From contig JBHLPH010000001.1 in assembly GCA_048939625.1 (NCBI GenBank), positions 149,649 to 213,648 of the forward strand: DNA of 64,000 nt. Direction: 5' to 3'. The notes beneath the pieces are model-generated. The model was not told the DNA's origin. It made no database searches and saw only the letters and a list, made by a program, of their open reading frames with translations. Made by a program: the position numbers and the translations under genes. Shown here one piece after another: positions 17,244 to 26,801 of this stretch. How positions within the stretch are numbered: position 1 is the stretch's first letter; each line of letters begins with the position of its first letter. The stretch is from Promethearchaeota archaeon (lineage in GTDB: Archaea; Asgardarchaeota; Hermodarchaeia; Hermodarchaeales; Hermodarchaeaceae).

Positions 17244-19409
17244 TCATGGTAGGAAGGGAATAGGTATCATAAGTACGCCTCCTATTAGCTGAAATAGCAG
17301 TAGGAGGAGGATGAAGACGAGGGCACCGATAAGCAGCAGAATCATGTTCCAACTGTGGATACCGGTTTGAATTCGACGCCACCGATGGCTCAACCCAGTT
17401 GCGCCATCAGCGATTAAGTAATTGGCACCATCAACGACTTTGACTTCGACCTTATTATAGAGTCCTCGAGCGAACCAGAGACCGCCATCAACGAAGACTT
17501 TGTACATTAGAGCATTCCAGTACCAGCGTTTGTAGAAGAACTTGTACAAGCCACGCAGGGGGCCTCGACCCACGAAGTCAGGACTCCAGCTGCGTCGGAT
17601 ATAGAACATGTACCCAAGGAGTCCGCCAACGAGGACGATGAGAAGTGAGAGATAGAAGGTAGGAGATGCAATCAAGTGCTGGAACATGTGAATATATTCT
17701 TCGATTAATGTTCCTAGATGGGGTGGACTCGGAATCAGGCTATATTGAACATCCCAGAACGCATAGAAGAATTGCTTGAAGATTGGTTCTAGGAATCCAA
17801 CTACAATCGCTGCTGTGGCGAGAATAGCTAGGGGAACCCACATCACTGCAGGTGGATCATGAGCAGGTTTGCCTTCTTTTTCGAGGTGTTGGACATTCTT
17901 ACTCGGTTCGCCGTGGAATGTAAGTCCGAACATTCGGAAGGCATAGAAGATTGTCATCACAGCGGTGAGTGCGCCAAAGAAGAGGAAGATCCATCCCCAA
18001 ATGCTGCCGGTCATTCCGAGTTCATAAGCCGAAGTTAAGATTAGTTCCTTACTCCAGAAAGCTCCAACGAATGGGAAGCCTCCAAGGGAGAGTACACCGA
18101 TGAGCATCACTATCCATGTGATAGGCATGAGTTTACGGAGCCCACCCATGTCGGTCATATACTTACTATGAACGGCGTGAAGGACTGCACCAGCCGAAAG
18201 AAAGAGAAGGGCTTTGAAGACTGCGTGAGCCGCCAGGTGGAAGACCCCTGCCGTGTATCCTAACACGCCATCGGCAGTAAAAGCAAATATGCCTAAGGCC
18301 ATGAACATATAGCCCAGTTGACTAATCGTACTAAAGGCGAGGACTTTTTTCAGTTCATTAGAGGTCAGTGCCATAGTTGCAGTCATAAAGGCTGTGAACG
18401 TGCCGATAATTGCGATGATGAGGAAAAAGTTGGTTAACACTACAGCGGCGATTGTCGAACTTGCGGCAAAGAAACCAGAGACGAGAATCGGAGCCATTCG
18501 AGCGACCAGATAAACTCCAGCTTTAACCATTGCAGCAGCGTGAATTAAGGCAGAAACAGTTGTGGGTCCTGCCATGGCTTCAGGAAGCCAGAACTGCAGT
18601 GGGAACTGAGCGCTTTTACCGATGGGACCAAGGAAGAATAGCAGAAATACCCCAAACAGAAGAAGCCCGTTCAAAATGGCAGCCATGTTGAAGAGCCAGG
18701 TGAAATCGTAGAGTAGGATCTGATAGTTTAGAGTTGGAATACCTGCAGATACGGTGAAGAAGAAAATAAAGATGATAGAGATGAGTAAACCAACATCGCC
18801 CACCCGGGTGACGATGAACGCTTTCATCCCACAATGTGAATTGTATTTGCCTTCAGTGAGGTCACCCAGTTGATCATCATGAATCATGTTAGACCGGTTA
18901 TACCAGAAGCCGATCAATGCATATGAACAGAGACCAACAATTTCCCACCCGATGAATGTGACAAACAAAGTATTTGCCATTACTAATAGCGTCATGCCTC
19001 CGATGAATAATTGCATGAAGAACCAATAGCGGGTGAGCGAAGTGTCACCTTCCATATAGCCTAAGCTGTATAGAAGAATGAGGAAACCAAGGCCTGTGGC
19101 GATGCAAGCCATGAATACTGAGAGGGGATCAACGAGCATCCCAAACTGAATCGTGCCTATGACTGGAATGGTCAACCAGTTAATGGATGTCTCATACCAG
19201 AGTAACCAAGGTTCGGCTACTGTTCCACCAATCCAAGTTAATCCAGACCAAATGAATGGAAGCATGGATAAGGCCATGATCATGCCTAAGGCTCCGAAGA
19301 TGACAGCTCCAATGTCACGAAGACGTGGATGAATTTTCGCAAAGATAGGTGTCAGGAGAGCCCCAATGATTGGGAACAACCAACAAAGCCAAGCAGCGTA
19401 AGGAAGCAT
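17244..19409 (-). CDS. nuoL: Antiporter-like membrane subunit, NuoL family
   Basis: [58 protein letters not shown]; C-terminal lateral helix and QTG motif. Confidence 0.92.
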   Translation of the reverse strand: [721 protein letters not shown]

Positions 19410-19428
19410 TTTTCTTTTTCACCTCAGG

Positions 19429-19764
19429 TTAATGACGCAGTTTGTTGAGTTTTCGGATATCAAGGGTTCCGAATTTATTGTAAGCGCGAATGAAGAACGA
19501 CAAAGCAATTGCAATGACTCCACCGCCGATACAGATGCTGACAATGACAATCGCCTGAGCCATTAAGTCAATGTAAAAGCCTGACCACGCCGTAGCAAAT
19601 ACGATGAAGTTCAAGTGGGCGCCATCAAGTAGTAATTCCAAGGCAATAAGGAATTTAATCATATTCCGTTTAGTCGCCATGCCATAGATACCAACCGCAT
19701 ATAGGAAAACCGCTAAGATGAGAAACGCCACAATGGGGACGCCTAAAATTTCAAGATACGACAT
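19429..19764 (-). CDS. nuoK: NuoK/MnhC-like three-TM subunit
   Basis: GIYGM-KRNMIKFLIALELLL, GTLDI C-terminus. Confidence 0.85.
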   Translation of the reverse strand: MSYLEILGVPIVAFLILAVFLYAVGIYGMATKRNMIKFLIALELLLDGAHLNFIVFATAWSGFYIDLMAQAIVIVSICIGGGVIAIALSFFIRAYNKFGTLDIRKLNKLRH

Positions 19765-19770
19765 GGTGTT

Positions 19771-20082
19771 TTACTCCTTCTCCTCTGTTTCAGTAGGTTT
19801 CTTCGTGATCTCGTAGAAGAACGCAGAACTGGCCAAAGCCGCTGCCAACAAAAACACACCTAACAAGACCATATCAAGACCCCGATAATGCCAGAGCATG
19901 TTACTCAAAGTTTGAATCATTGCATACACGTTATCTGGTGATGTAACAAATCGCATGGCCCAAGTAGCGGGATCAATCACAACACCGGGATCGAGGTAAA
20001 AGTTGAATGCCATACCAATCACATAAGCGACAACGACACCAAACATCACAGTGAGGATAAAACCAACGACTTTGATTCTCAT
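19771..20082 (-). CDS. MbhE/NuoJ-C-terminal-like small membrane subunit
   Basis: True start MRIKVVG at 20082 (TGATG overlap with upstream gene); LWHYRGLD resembles the YRGxD motif of MbhE/MnhB. Confidence 0.7.
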   Translation of the reverse strand: MRIKVVGFILTVMFGVVVAYVIGMAFNFYLDPGVVIDPATWAMRFVTSPDNVYAMIQTLSNMLWHYRGLDMVLLGVFLLAAALASSAFFYEITKKPTETEEKE

Positions 20083-20471
20083 CAGACGTCCTCCTCTGTA
20101 ACTTCCCCAGTCCCACGACGCGTCGTTAGCGAAATGCCGGAGATGATAAGCACTGAAACAGCACCCGCATATACTGCCAGTTGGAAGAAGGCTACCCAAA
20201 TAGCGAATAGCACTAGGTAGAGAAGGGCTAAGGTGACCGCTGAGCCTGCTAGGTAGAGGGCAGCGTGGAGTAGGTCTTTATCTTCGATGGCTAGGATAGC
20301 AAAGATAGCGGTCATAATGATGAGGATGTATACGGCATACATGCTCAGATGCAGCCCTGCGATGAAAAAGTCGAGGGCAAAAAGTAACAGCATAATTACA
20401 CTTAGAAGTATCAGGCCTAATAGGCCAACGACAACGGTCCGTGATAATGACATCGTTGGACTCTCCGTCAC
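20082..20471 (-). CDS. MbhD/NuoJ-N-terminal-like membrane subunit
   Basis: KDLLHAALYL...VAFFQLAVYAGAV motif of NuoJ/DUF4040. Confidence 0.78.
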   Translation of the reverse strand: MTESPTMSLSRTVVVGLLGLILLSVIMLLLFALDFFIAGLHLSMYAVYILIIMTAIFAILAIEDKDLLHAALYLAGSAVTLALLYLVLFAIWVAFFQLAVYAGAVSVLIISGISLTTRRGTGEVTEEDV

Positions 20472-20643
20472 GGTGACTGAGGTACTTAGACCCGCTTTTT
20501 GCTGTGTTCTGCTTAAAAGTGTGACTACAAGTTTGAACTTTTATTGGGCTAAGTCGTTTCTAGTCCTTTGCACTCTAATTTAATGAAAAAAATTATACGA
20601 GTGGAGGGTCCCATCTATCTTCTGAAGCCCACCTCAGGGAGGA

Positions 20644-21201
20644 TTGCTAACCGTTTCATTACCTCCAACCATTTCCATATTTGGTTACAAAGATTCAGGT
20701 AAAACCACTGTAACCACAAGCATCATTAGCCATCTTGTGGCGCAGGGGCGCCGAGTGTTCAGCGCGAAACATGTTGGCGAACCTGACTTTTCTTTGGATT
20801 CACCGGGAACTGACTCGCATCGCCATCTTGAGGCAGGAGCTGTGGCAACCGTTCTTCATAGTGAAGCATCCACAGCCCTCCTACTTCAACAGCCAATCAC
20901 TAATCTCAATCAATTGTTAGGTTATGGTCAAACAGCGATCCCGTCAGATGTTATTGTTCTGGAAGGCTTTCGGTTTTGGACCCAGAAAAGTCCCGATGTT
21001 GCTAAAGTTATCTGTGTTCGAAGTCTTGAAGAGATTGCGGAATTCCAAGCAGAAACTGTTAGTCCGATTCTTGGACAGTGCAGCTTGGACCCAGAGCTTT
21101 CTTCGGTGATTCGTATCCCTGAGGAATTCCCCTTCCTGTTGGAAGCAATTGATAAGTGGCTTCTCACTAATCCAACAACACCAATAGGTGACGATGAATG
21201 A
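20644..21201 (+). CDS. mobB: Molybdopterin-guanine dinucleotide biosynthesis protein B
   Basis: GYKDSGKTT P-loop, KH, GTDSHRHLEAGA, VLEGF. Confidence 0.85.
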   Translation: MLTVSLPPTISIFGYKDSGKTTVTTSIISHLVAQGRRVFSAKHVGEPDFSLDSPGTDSHRHLEAGAVATVLHSEASTALLLQQPITNLNQLLGYGQTAIPSDVIVLEGFRFWTQKSPDVAKVICVRSLEEIAEFQAETVSPILGQCSLDPELSSVIRIPEEFPFLLEAIDKWLLTNPTTPIGDDE

Positions 21202-21365
21202 CTCCAGATGAAAGAAAAACTACCCTCATTGTATTTGGTCGTGAAATTGGAATGAATGAGTATGTTGACAAGCTCTTCCAGAGTGTGATTCTTGCAATTC
21301 TCTCAACCTTAAGAGCCCCCAAACCAAAGGGCACTGAAAAAGTTCGAATTGAAATTAGTGACTAG
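21198..21365 (+). CDS. 55-aa protein resembling the C-terminal domain of archaeal MobB
   Basis: Not in the ORF track; ATGA overlap with the mobB stop, GGTGA upstream; MTPDERKTTLIVFGREIGMNEYVDKLFQSVILAILSTLRAPKPKGTEKVRIEISD. Confidence 0.65.
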   Translation: MTPDERKTTLIVFGREIGMNEYVDKLFQSVILAILSTLRAPKPKGTEKVRIEISD

Positions 21366-21552
21366 TCGGCTTACGAAAGAGGGTTAAATTAGTTTTTGCC
21401 TTCTTTAGCTGAGTTGAACATTAACTAGATTTCTCACTTTCGTGAAGTACTGATTATCTGAGGAAAGAAAAAGTTCCTGCGGGAGCAAGCCTTTTATACA
21501 AAGCCCAACCCTTGAAACTGCAAACGAGCCATAGAACCTGTGGTGAACCCAA

Positions 21553-21900
21553 ATGATGCAGGTTGATCCGTATTTCAGCTGGCTAAATAACATCAGTAAT
21601 GTTGGCTGGTTTCTAGCCGCATTCGGCGTCATTCTAATCATTATCCTTCTCCTTTATTGGATAGGCAAACGTATTGCCCCCCATAATCCCACGAAGGAAA
21701 AGTTGACCACGTACGCGTGTGGTGAGGATCTCGCGCCGTCGAAGGCTCAATTTCACACCCAGCTTCTTCGTTATGCCGTCTATTTCACGATCTTTGATAT
21801 CGTGGCATTTGTGCTAGCGACAGCAATGGGCGTTCTCGGATGGGTTCCAATCATGTTTCTGGGAGTCGCATTCCTCGCGATTCTTATTCTGCGAAAATAA
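21553..21900 (+). CDS. nuoA: NuoA-like three-TM subunit
   Basis: KLTTYACGE loop, YAVYFTIFD. Confidence 0.85.
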   Translation: MMQVDPYFSWLNNISNVGWFLAAFGVILIIILLLYWIGKRIAPHNPTKEKLTTYACGEDLAPSKAQFHTQLLRYAVYFTIFDIVAFVLATAMGVLGWVPIMFLGVAFLAILILRK

Positions 21901-21919
21901 CTGAAATGAGGTAAACACA

Positions 21920-22354
21920 ATGGGTATCGTTGACAAAATTGTAACATGGGCACGCATCAAGTCGCCCTGGGTGCTTCACCTAAACAGTGGCGGATGCAAT
22001 GGCTGCGATATTGAAATCCTTGATGCGCTGACTCCTCGGTACGACTTGGAAAGATTTGGCGTCCTACTTAAAGGAAGTCCTCGACATGCTGATGTACTTC
22101 TTTGTAGTGGCCCAATCACCAAGCAAGTAGCCCAACGGTTTCTAAGAATCTATAATCAAACTCCAGATCCCAAATTTGTTGTCGGTATTGGTGCCTGCAC
22201 GATGTCAGGCGGTGTTTTTCGACAGTGTTACAACGTTTCTGGTGGGTTAGAGGATGTCATCCCAGTGGATGCATGGATACCCGGATGCCCACCAAAACCA
22301 GAAGCAATCATCTATGGCGTCGCGGCGTTACTTGGGAAATTAGCTGGCTCATGA
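21920..22354 (+). CDS. Group 4 [NiFe]-hydrogenase-type small subunit (NuoB/MbhJ/EchC family)
   Basis: SGGCNGCDIE (CxxC, not the tandem CC of NuoB), SPRHAD, GACTMSGG, IPGCPPKPE. Confidence 0.9.
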   Translation: MGIVDKIVTWARIKSPWVLHLNSGGCNGCDIEILDALTPRYDLERFGVLLKGSPRHADVLLCSGPITKQVAQRFLRIYNQTPDPKFVVGIGACTMSGGVFRQCYNVSGGLEDVIPVDAWIPGCPPKPEAIIYGVAALLGKLAGS

Positions 22355-22386
22355 GATTTTTACTAAATTAATGGAGGAAACGAGTT

Positions 22387-22884
22387 ATGGCACAAGAAGA
22401 GAAACCCCCGAAAAAGCCCACTAAAAAAGAAGCTGAAATGATGAAAGAAATCGAGAAAGCCATGGGCGATGATTTCATTTCAACCGAGTTCTTACGTGAA
22501 CATAGTATCTATGTCACCGTGAAAGCTGAAGCCGTTAGAAAAGCCGTTGAATTCATGAAACAGGAATGGGGGTTATACCATCTTTCCACAATCACAGGCA
22601 TGGATCTGCGCGGAGAACTTGCAGTGATCTATCATTTCGAAGTCAAATCTGTTTCAGTAAGTTTACATATCCAAGTCCCCACCTCACATCCCGAAGTTGA
22701 CTCCATTACGCCCCTTATTCCCGGAGCAACTTTGTATGAACGCGAAGTACACGATCTTTTGGGCATCAAATTCAAAGGACACCCGAATCTGAAACGCCTA
22801 ATCCTTCCCGAGGATTGGCCAAAGGATGTTTATCCACTTCGAAAGGATTGGGAATCCCCCCGGCTAGATAAGCCCAAGGAATAG
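22387..22884 (+). CDS. NuoC/MbhK/EchD-like subunit
   Basis: LSTITGMD, YEREVHDLLGIKFKGHP, YPLRKDW. Confidence 0.88.
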   Translation: MAQEEKPPKKPTKKEAEMMKEIEKAMGDDFISTEFLREHSIYVTVKAEAVRKAVEFMKQEWGLYHLSTITGMDLRGELAVIYHFEVKSVSVSLHIQVPTSHPEVDSITPLIPGATLYEREVHDLLGIKFKGHPNLKRLILPEDWPKDVYPLRKDWESPRLDKPKE

Positions 22885-22951
22885 GCGTCTGCCTATCCCG
22901 AGTCATTTGCTTTTATCTCCAAATTGGCAGTGAAACTAAGGACTTTACAGG

Positions 22952-23797
22952 TCAACTAGATTTCGCTGGTTTGATACCGAGTTTCGTGAGGGTTCCTATT
23001 GATCCATCATTGAAGTGAGGGGAGCGGTAGAGAGTGTCGCCATATTTTTCGATTTCACGGGCCTCATCTGCTAAACGCGCTGCAGTCCGCATCATTTCGT
23101 GGGCACTGGCAACAGTAGGAATGTATTTTTCGTGTTCTTTTTGTTTGAAGCAGCCTTTGACATTGATTGCAGCAACCGCTTCGGCGATTTCGTACGCAGC
23201 TCGTGCTTTCACCTTAGCATAGGGATTGGTGAACTGGCCAGCACTAACAGCTTTTGCGGCATTCACGACCAAGGCAGGGAGCTTAGGAGTTTTTCCATTG
23301 GCAATACTAGCAATAACCTCATCCAAAGCGAGTTGAACTCGCCGTAGTGCCCCTGTTGCAGCAAGTACTCGAATGACATCTACATTGAAGAGCACCATCT
23401 CAGTGGGATCTAAGAATTCCCTGCGTGCCCCAATCATAGAGTCAGCAGGAAGTAGAATGTAGCCAAATCCAGCTTCAGTAAGTGACTCCCGTTGATCTTT
23501 TGGTAACAGATCCGAGAGAAGGATAACCGGGATTCCAGCTTCTTTGACGAGTTCACGAGCCTTCGCAGGACCTTTAAGCGCAGCATTTGGACTGGGAATA
23601 AGTACCAGGTGCGGTTTTTGTTCAATGAGCAGTTTTGCGCTTCGTTCTGCAGCAGCTTCGTCCATCTTGGCTCCAGAGCCAATTAAAACAACCGCAAAGT
23701 CTTCACGCTCTGCTCTTTCATCAAAGAGGAGTTCTAGCAAGGGCGATGTTCCGATATTACCCAGTTTCAACACACCAAGGAGGAATGGAGAACTCAT
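22952..23797 (-). CDS. mtd: F420-dependent methylene-H4MPT dehydrogenase
   Basis: KLGNIG, DERAERED, GSGAKM, SPNAALKGP, MIGARREFLDPTEM, AHEMMR, RSPH. Confidence 0.93.
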   Translation of the reverse strand: MSSPFLLGVLKLGNIGTSPLLELLFDERAEREDFAVVLIGSGAKMDEAAAERSAKLLIEQKPHLVLIPSPNAALKGPAKARELVKEAGIPVILLSDLLPKDQRESLTEAGFGYILLPADSMIGARREFLDPTEMVLFNVDVIRVLAATGALRRVQLALDEVIASIANGKTPKLPALVVNAAKAVSAGQFTNPYAKVKARAAYEIAEAVAAINVKGCFKQKEHEKYIPTVASAHEMMRTAARLADEAREIEKYGDTLYRSPHFNDGSIGTLTKLGIKPAKSS

Positions 23798-23908
23798 TGT
23801 TTAACCACCAACCATTTCATTATTAGTAGGAAAACTAGAAGTTTGTGGTGTGCTCTAGTGTCAAAAGTGTTTACTTTTAGAGAAAATACGCTAACCTTAG
23901 GTAGAGTT

Positions 23909-24952
23909 CTAAGATTTGATTTTAGGAGCAGCAATCTTACGAAGACGTTCTAGCCCATCTTCGGATAACTCCTCATGCAGGAATATTCCAGCAGAAATCA
24001 TTTCGTCAATAACAGCTTGTCCTCTCTCACTGCGAGCAAGAACTGAGGACCATTTCCCTGGTGTACCTGCCCCACCAACGGAAATATCTGCAAATTCAGA
24101 GGCGAAGTCTTTGCACTCGTGACATCCGGGATCAATCCACTCCCGGGCTTCGCTCAACGGAATCGTAAGGGATTCTTTTGCCCCGCGGGGAAAAACTAGG
24201 AGTTTGCCCTTAATATCGAGTTTCCGAAGATTCTCCAACGGTACACCAAGTTCACTCGCAATCTTGTCTTCCATTAGTTCTTTGAACTTGAAGGTCTCAC
24301 TACAAAAGAGACCAATTGTCATCACGACCGACCGATCCACTTTCTTCAAGGGTGCCAACCGCATTCGTTGGATGGCCTGAATGTGACAAGGAGTTCCAAC
24401 GACAGCAATCTGTTTGAGCTTCCGTTCTTTCAATGCTTCTTTTAGTGCAACTAGATTCGGGGACCGTGTATACCTGGATTTGGTGGCGGAGATAATTTCG
24501 TCATGTGTGGTCGCTACCATCGGTTTTGGCTTCCAGGGTTCATTCGAATCGATACCTGAGATGACAGCACCTTCAATCACTCCTGCGTCTAGTAGATGCA
24601 GTAAAATTGCGGTAACTACTCCACCGTCCTGTGCACGTTTTCGAACCGATTCATCAGCGTTTCGAAGAGCATAGGCTTGGCGATACACACCAAGAGCTGG
24701 ATCACGCTTGACATCTTCACCAAAGACTTGGGGATAAAGTGGAGCGTAATCATCAATCATCCGTGGACAGGACTTCCAGCAAAACTCACATTTAGTACAA
24801 TCCTTTACAAGCGTAGGTCGTAGGTCCTGAAGTTCAATCGCACCGATTGGACAAGCTGCTTCACAGCCACCACAACTACAGCATTTTCCAGCATCTATCA
24901 CATTCGTTCTTAAATGCTCAAATCCAAGTTTTTCCTTGCTCAATTGAATCAT
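23909..24952 (-). CDS. F420-binding FrhB/FpoF-like subunit with N-terminal ferredoxin domain
   Basis: CCSCGGCEAACP and CTKCEFCWKSCP; QDGGVVT, VGTPC, IGLFCSETF, CHECKDF, ADISVG; start re-set to 24952 (alternative TTG 24943). Confidence 0.88.
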   Translation of the reverse strand: MIQLSKEKLGFEHLRTNVIDAGKCCSCGGCEAACPIGAIELQDLRPTLVKDCTKCEFCWKSCPRMIDDYAPLYPQVFGEDVKRDPALGVYRQAYALRNADESVRKRAQDGGVVTAILLHLLDAGVIEGAVISGIDSNEPWKPKPMVATTHDEIISATKSRYTRSPNLVALKEALKERKLKQIAVVGTPCHIQAIQRMRLAPLKKVDRSVVMTIGLFCSETFKFKELMEDKIASELGVPLENLRKLDIKGKLLVFPRGAKESLTIPLSEAREWIDPGCHECKDFASEFADISVGGAGTPGKWSSVLARSERGQAVIDEMISAGIFLHEELSEDGLERLRKIAAPKIKS

Positions 24953-25037
24953 CCATCTTCGAATACCCGGTTTGTAATCAAAAATGGATGTCCGCCTACT
25001 TAAACTTGCCAGGCAATACGTACCAAGGGGTAGTAAA

Positions 25038-25490
25038 TTATTCATCAAGCTGGATAATGTTCGGTTCAAGATGAACTTCACACGCAATGGAACGGGTGAT
25101 ATGACAGTACTTTTCGGTTAGGGAAACAGCACGTTTAACTTGATTAAGCACTGCCTCTTTGGGTACGGTAATCTTCATAGAGATGTAAATGTCGGAGAAT
25201 TGCCAACCCCCTTCTGGGTGCTTCTGGAGGACCCCTCGGCCCGAAACCTGATGAGCCTGGAGGGGCTGCTTCATTCGTTGCATCATACTGGCAAAAGTGG
25301 TGATGTAACAACCTGTTACTGCACACATGAAGAGATCATGGGGGGAATAGGCGTCGGGTTCTCCTTCCCAATAAATAGGTGAAGAAAGCGGGAGATCAGA
25401 TTTTCCCTCCAATGAAATGGTTCCTTCTTTTCCTCCAGTCCATACGACCTCTGCGTTAAATTCATAGGATTCAGGTTTTTTGTCACTCAA
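25038..25490 (-). CDS. OsmC/Ohr family protein
   Basis: SPHDLF..AVTGCY and EKYCHITRS two-Cys pattern. Confidence 0.85.
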   Translation of the reverse strand: MSDKKPESYEFNAEVVWTGGKEGTISLEGKSDLPLSSPIYWEGEPDAYSPHDLFMCAVTGCYITTFASMMQRMKQPLQAHQVSGRGVLQKHPEGGWQFSDIYISMKITVPKEAVLNQVKRAVSLTEKYCHITRSIACEVHLEPNIIQLDE

Positions 25491-25625
25491 GATGATTCAC
25501 TTCTCGGCATTGAATCACGAGAAGCTTTTAGCTGTTCGGGAAATTCAACCTCTCAATGAAGATGCAACTGCGAAAAAGGTATATGGCATCCCAGCTGAAT
25601 GTCTACCCTCGAGAAATAACCTTGT

Positions 25626-26762
25626 TTGGAGGACTCTTTGATGGTCGGAAGCTTTGCAAATATGGACCCCTTAGAATTACAGAAAGGCTTTCGTGATCCC
25701 GAACTTGCCATGAAAGCCGCTCAAAAAATCAAAGAACTGACGAAGAACCGCACCTTCAAGTTCATGCACCTTTGTGGCACCCATGAATACACCATCACCC
25801 ATTCTGGCTTACGGGATTTGCTTCCAAAAAATGTGGAACTCATCGCAGGTCCGGGGTGTCCAGTTTGTGTCTGTCCTCCAGAAGATGTAGCACTGGCCAT
25901 AGCAGTCGCTAAGCAACCAAATGCGTTGTTAACCACTTTTGGCGATATGATGCGAGTTCCAGCAGGTGACCTAGGTTCCTTGAATGCAGCACGAGGAAAA
26001 GGGGCCAACGTACAAGTTGTTTACAGTATGATGGATGCGATTATCGCCGCAAAGGAGCATCCAGAAAAAGAGGTGGTACACTTTGCGATTGGTTTTGAAA
26101 CGACTACCCCACCCACTGCTGCTGAAATTTTAGGAGATGCCCCTAGCAATTTCAGTGTCTTAGTAAGTCATCGTCTCATTCCTCCAGCTGAAGAATTTCT
26201 TCTGGACCAAGGCGAGGTTGGGTTACATGGATTTCTGCTTCCGGGTCACGTTTCAGTGATAATCGGTGTTCAAGGATATGAACATATCTCCAAAAAATGG
26301 AAGGTGCCTCAAGTTATTGCAGGGTTTGAACCCTTAGATGTGCTCTTGGGGATAGTGATGCTCCTTCAACAGCTAGAAGATGGTCGAAGTGAAGTGGAAA
26401 ACGAATACACCCGTGCTGTGACCTACGAAGGAAATGTTCGAGCCCGTGAAATGATCGAAAAGGTGTTTGTCCCTGTAGATGCGCGTTGGCGGGGAATTGG
26501 GATAATTCCCGAATCCGGGCTAGCTTTACGAGAAAAATACATGTCATTTGATGTCCGAACGCGCTTTGAAATCGAGTTGGAACCCCAAAAATATGAGATG
26601 CCTCCGGGGTGCAAATGTGGAGAAGTCTTGCGTGGGATTTTGCGACCAGAAGAATGCCCTCTCTTTGGAAAGAAATGTGTACCTCAAAATCCAATTGGTC
26701 CCTGTATGGTCTCTGCGGAGGGGACATGCAGTGTAGTTTATGGAGCGAAGATGATTCCCTAG
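25626..26762 (+). CDS. hypD: [NiFe]-hydrogenase maturation protein HypD
   Basis: CGTHE, GPGCPVC, GFETT, PGHVS, C-terminal Cys cluster with GPCMVSAEGTC. Confidence 0.96.
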   Translation: MEDSLMVGSFANMDPLELQKGFRDPELAMKAAQKIKELTKNRTFKFMHLCGTHEYTITHSGLRDLLPKNVELIAGPGCPVCVCPPEDVALAIAVAKQPNALLTTFGDMMRVPAGDLGSLNAARGKGANVQVVYSMMDAIIAAKEHPEKEVVHFAIGFETTTPPTAAEILGDAPSNFSVLVSHRLIPPAEEFLLDQGEVGLHGFLLPGHVSVIIGVQGYEHISKKWKVPQVIAGFEPLDVLLGIVMLLQQLEDGRSEVENEYTRAVTYEGNVRAREMIEKVFVPVDARWRGIGIIPESGLALREKYMSFDVRTRFEIELEPQKYEMPPGCKCGEVLRGILRPEECPLFGKKCVPQNPIGPCMVSAEGTCSVVYGAKMIP

Positions 26763-26801
26763 ATAACTGAGATACGGTCTACTTTCATTAAAAGACAGGT
26801 T

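Noticed and set aside
20083-20199. N-terminal Cys-rich extension of ORF 19771..20199
   Set aside because: Overlaps the upstream gene out of frame; the real start is the coupled ATG at 20082.
21920-22354. Calling the cluster canonical NADH dehydrogenase or Fpo
   Set aside because: No NuoEFG, and the small subunit has CxxC rather than the tandem Cys-Cys of NuoB/FpoB.
21920-22370. Selenocysteine read-through at the TGA ending the small subunit
   Set aside because: The protein is already complete and an in-frame TAA follows within four codons; other redox proteins here use Cys at catalytic positions.
24953-25087. N-terminal extension of the FrhB-like ORF
   Set aside because: Overlaps osmC and has no family-like sequence; a better start lies at 24952 or 24943.
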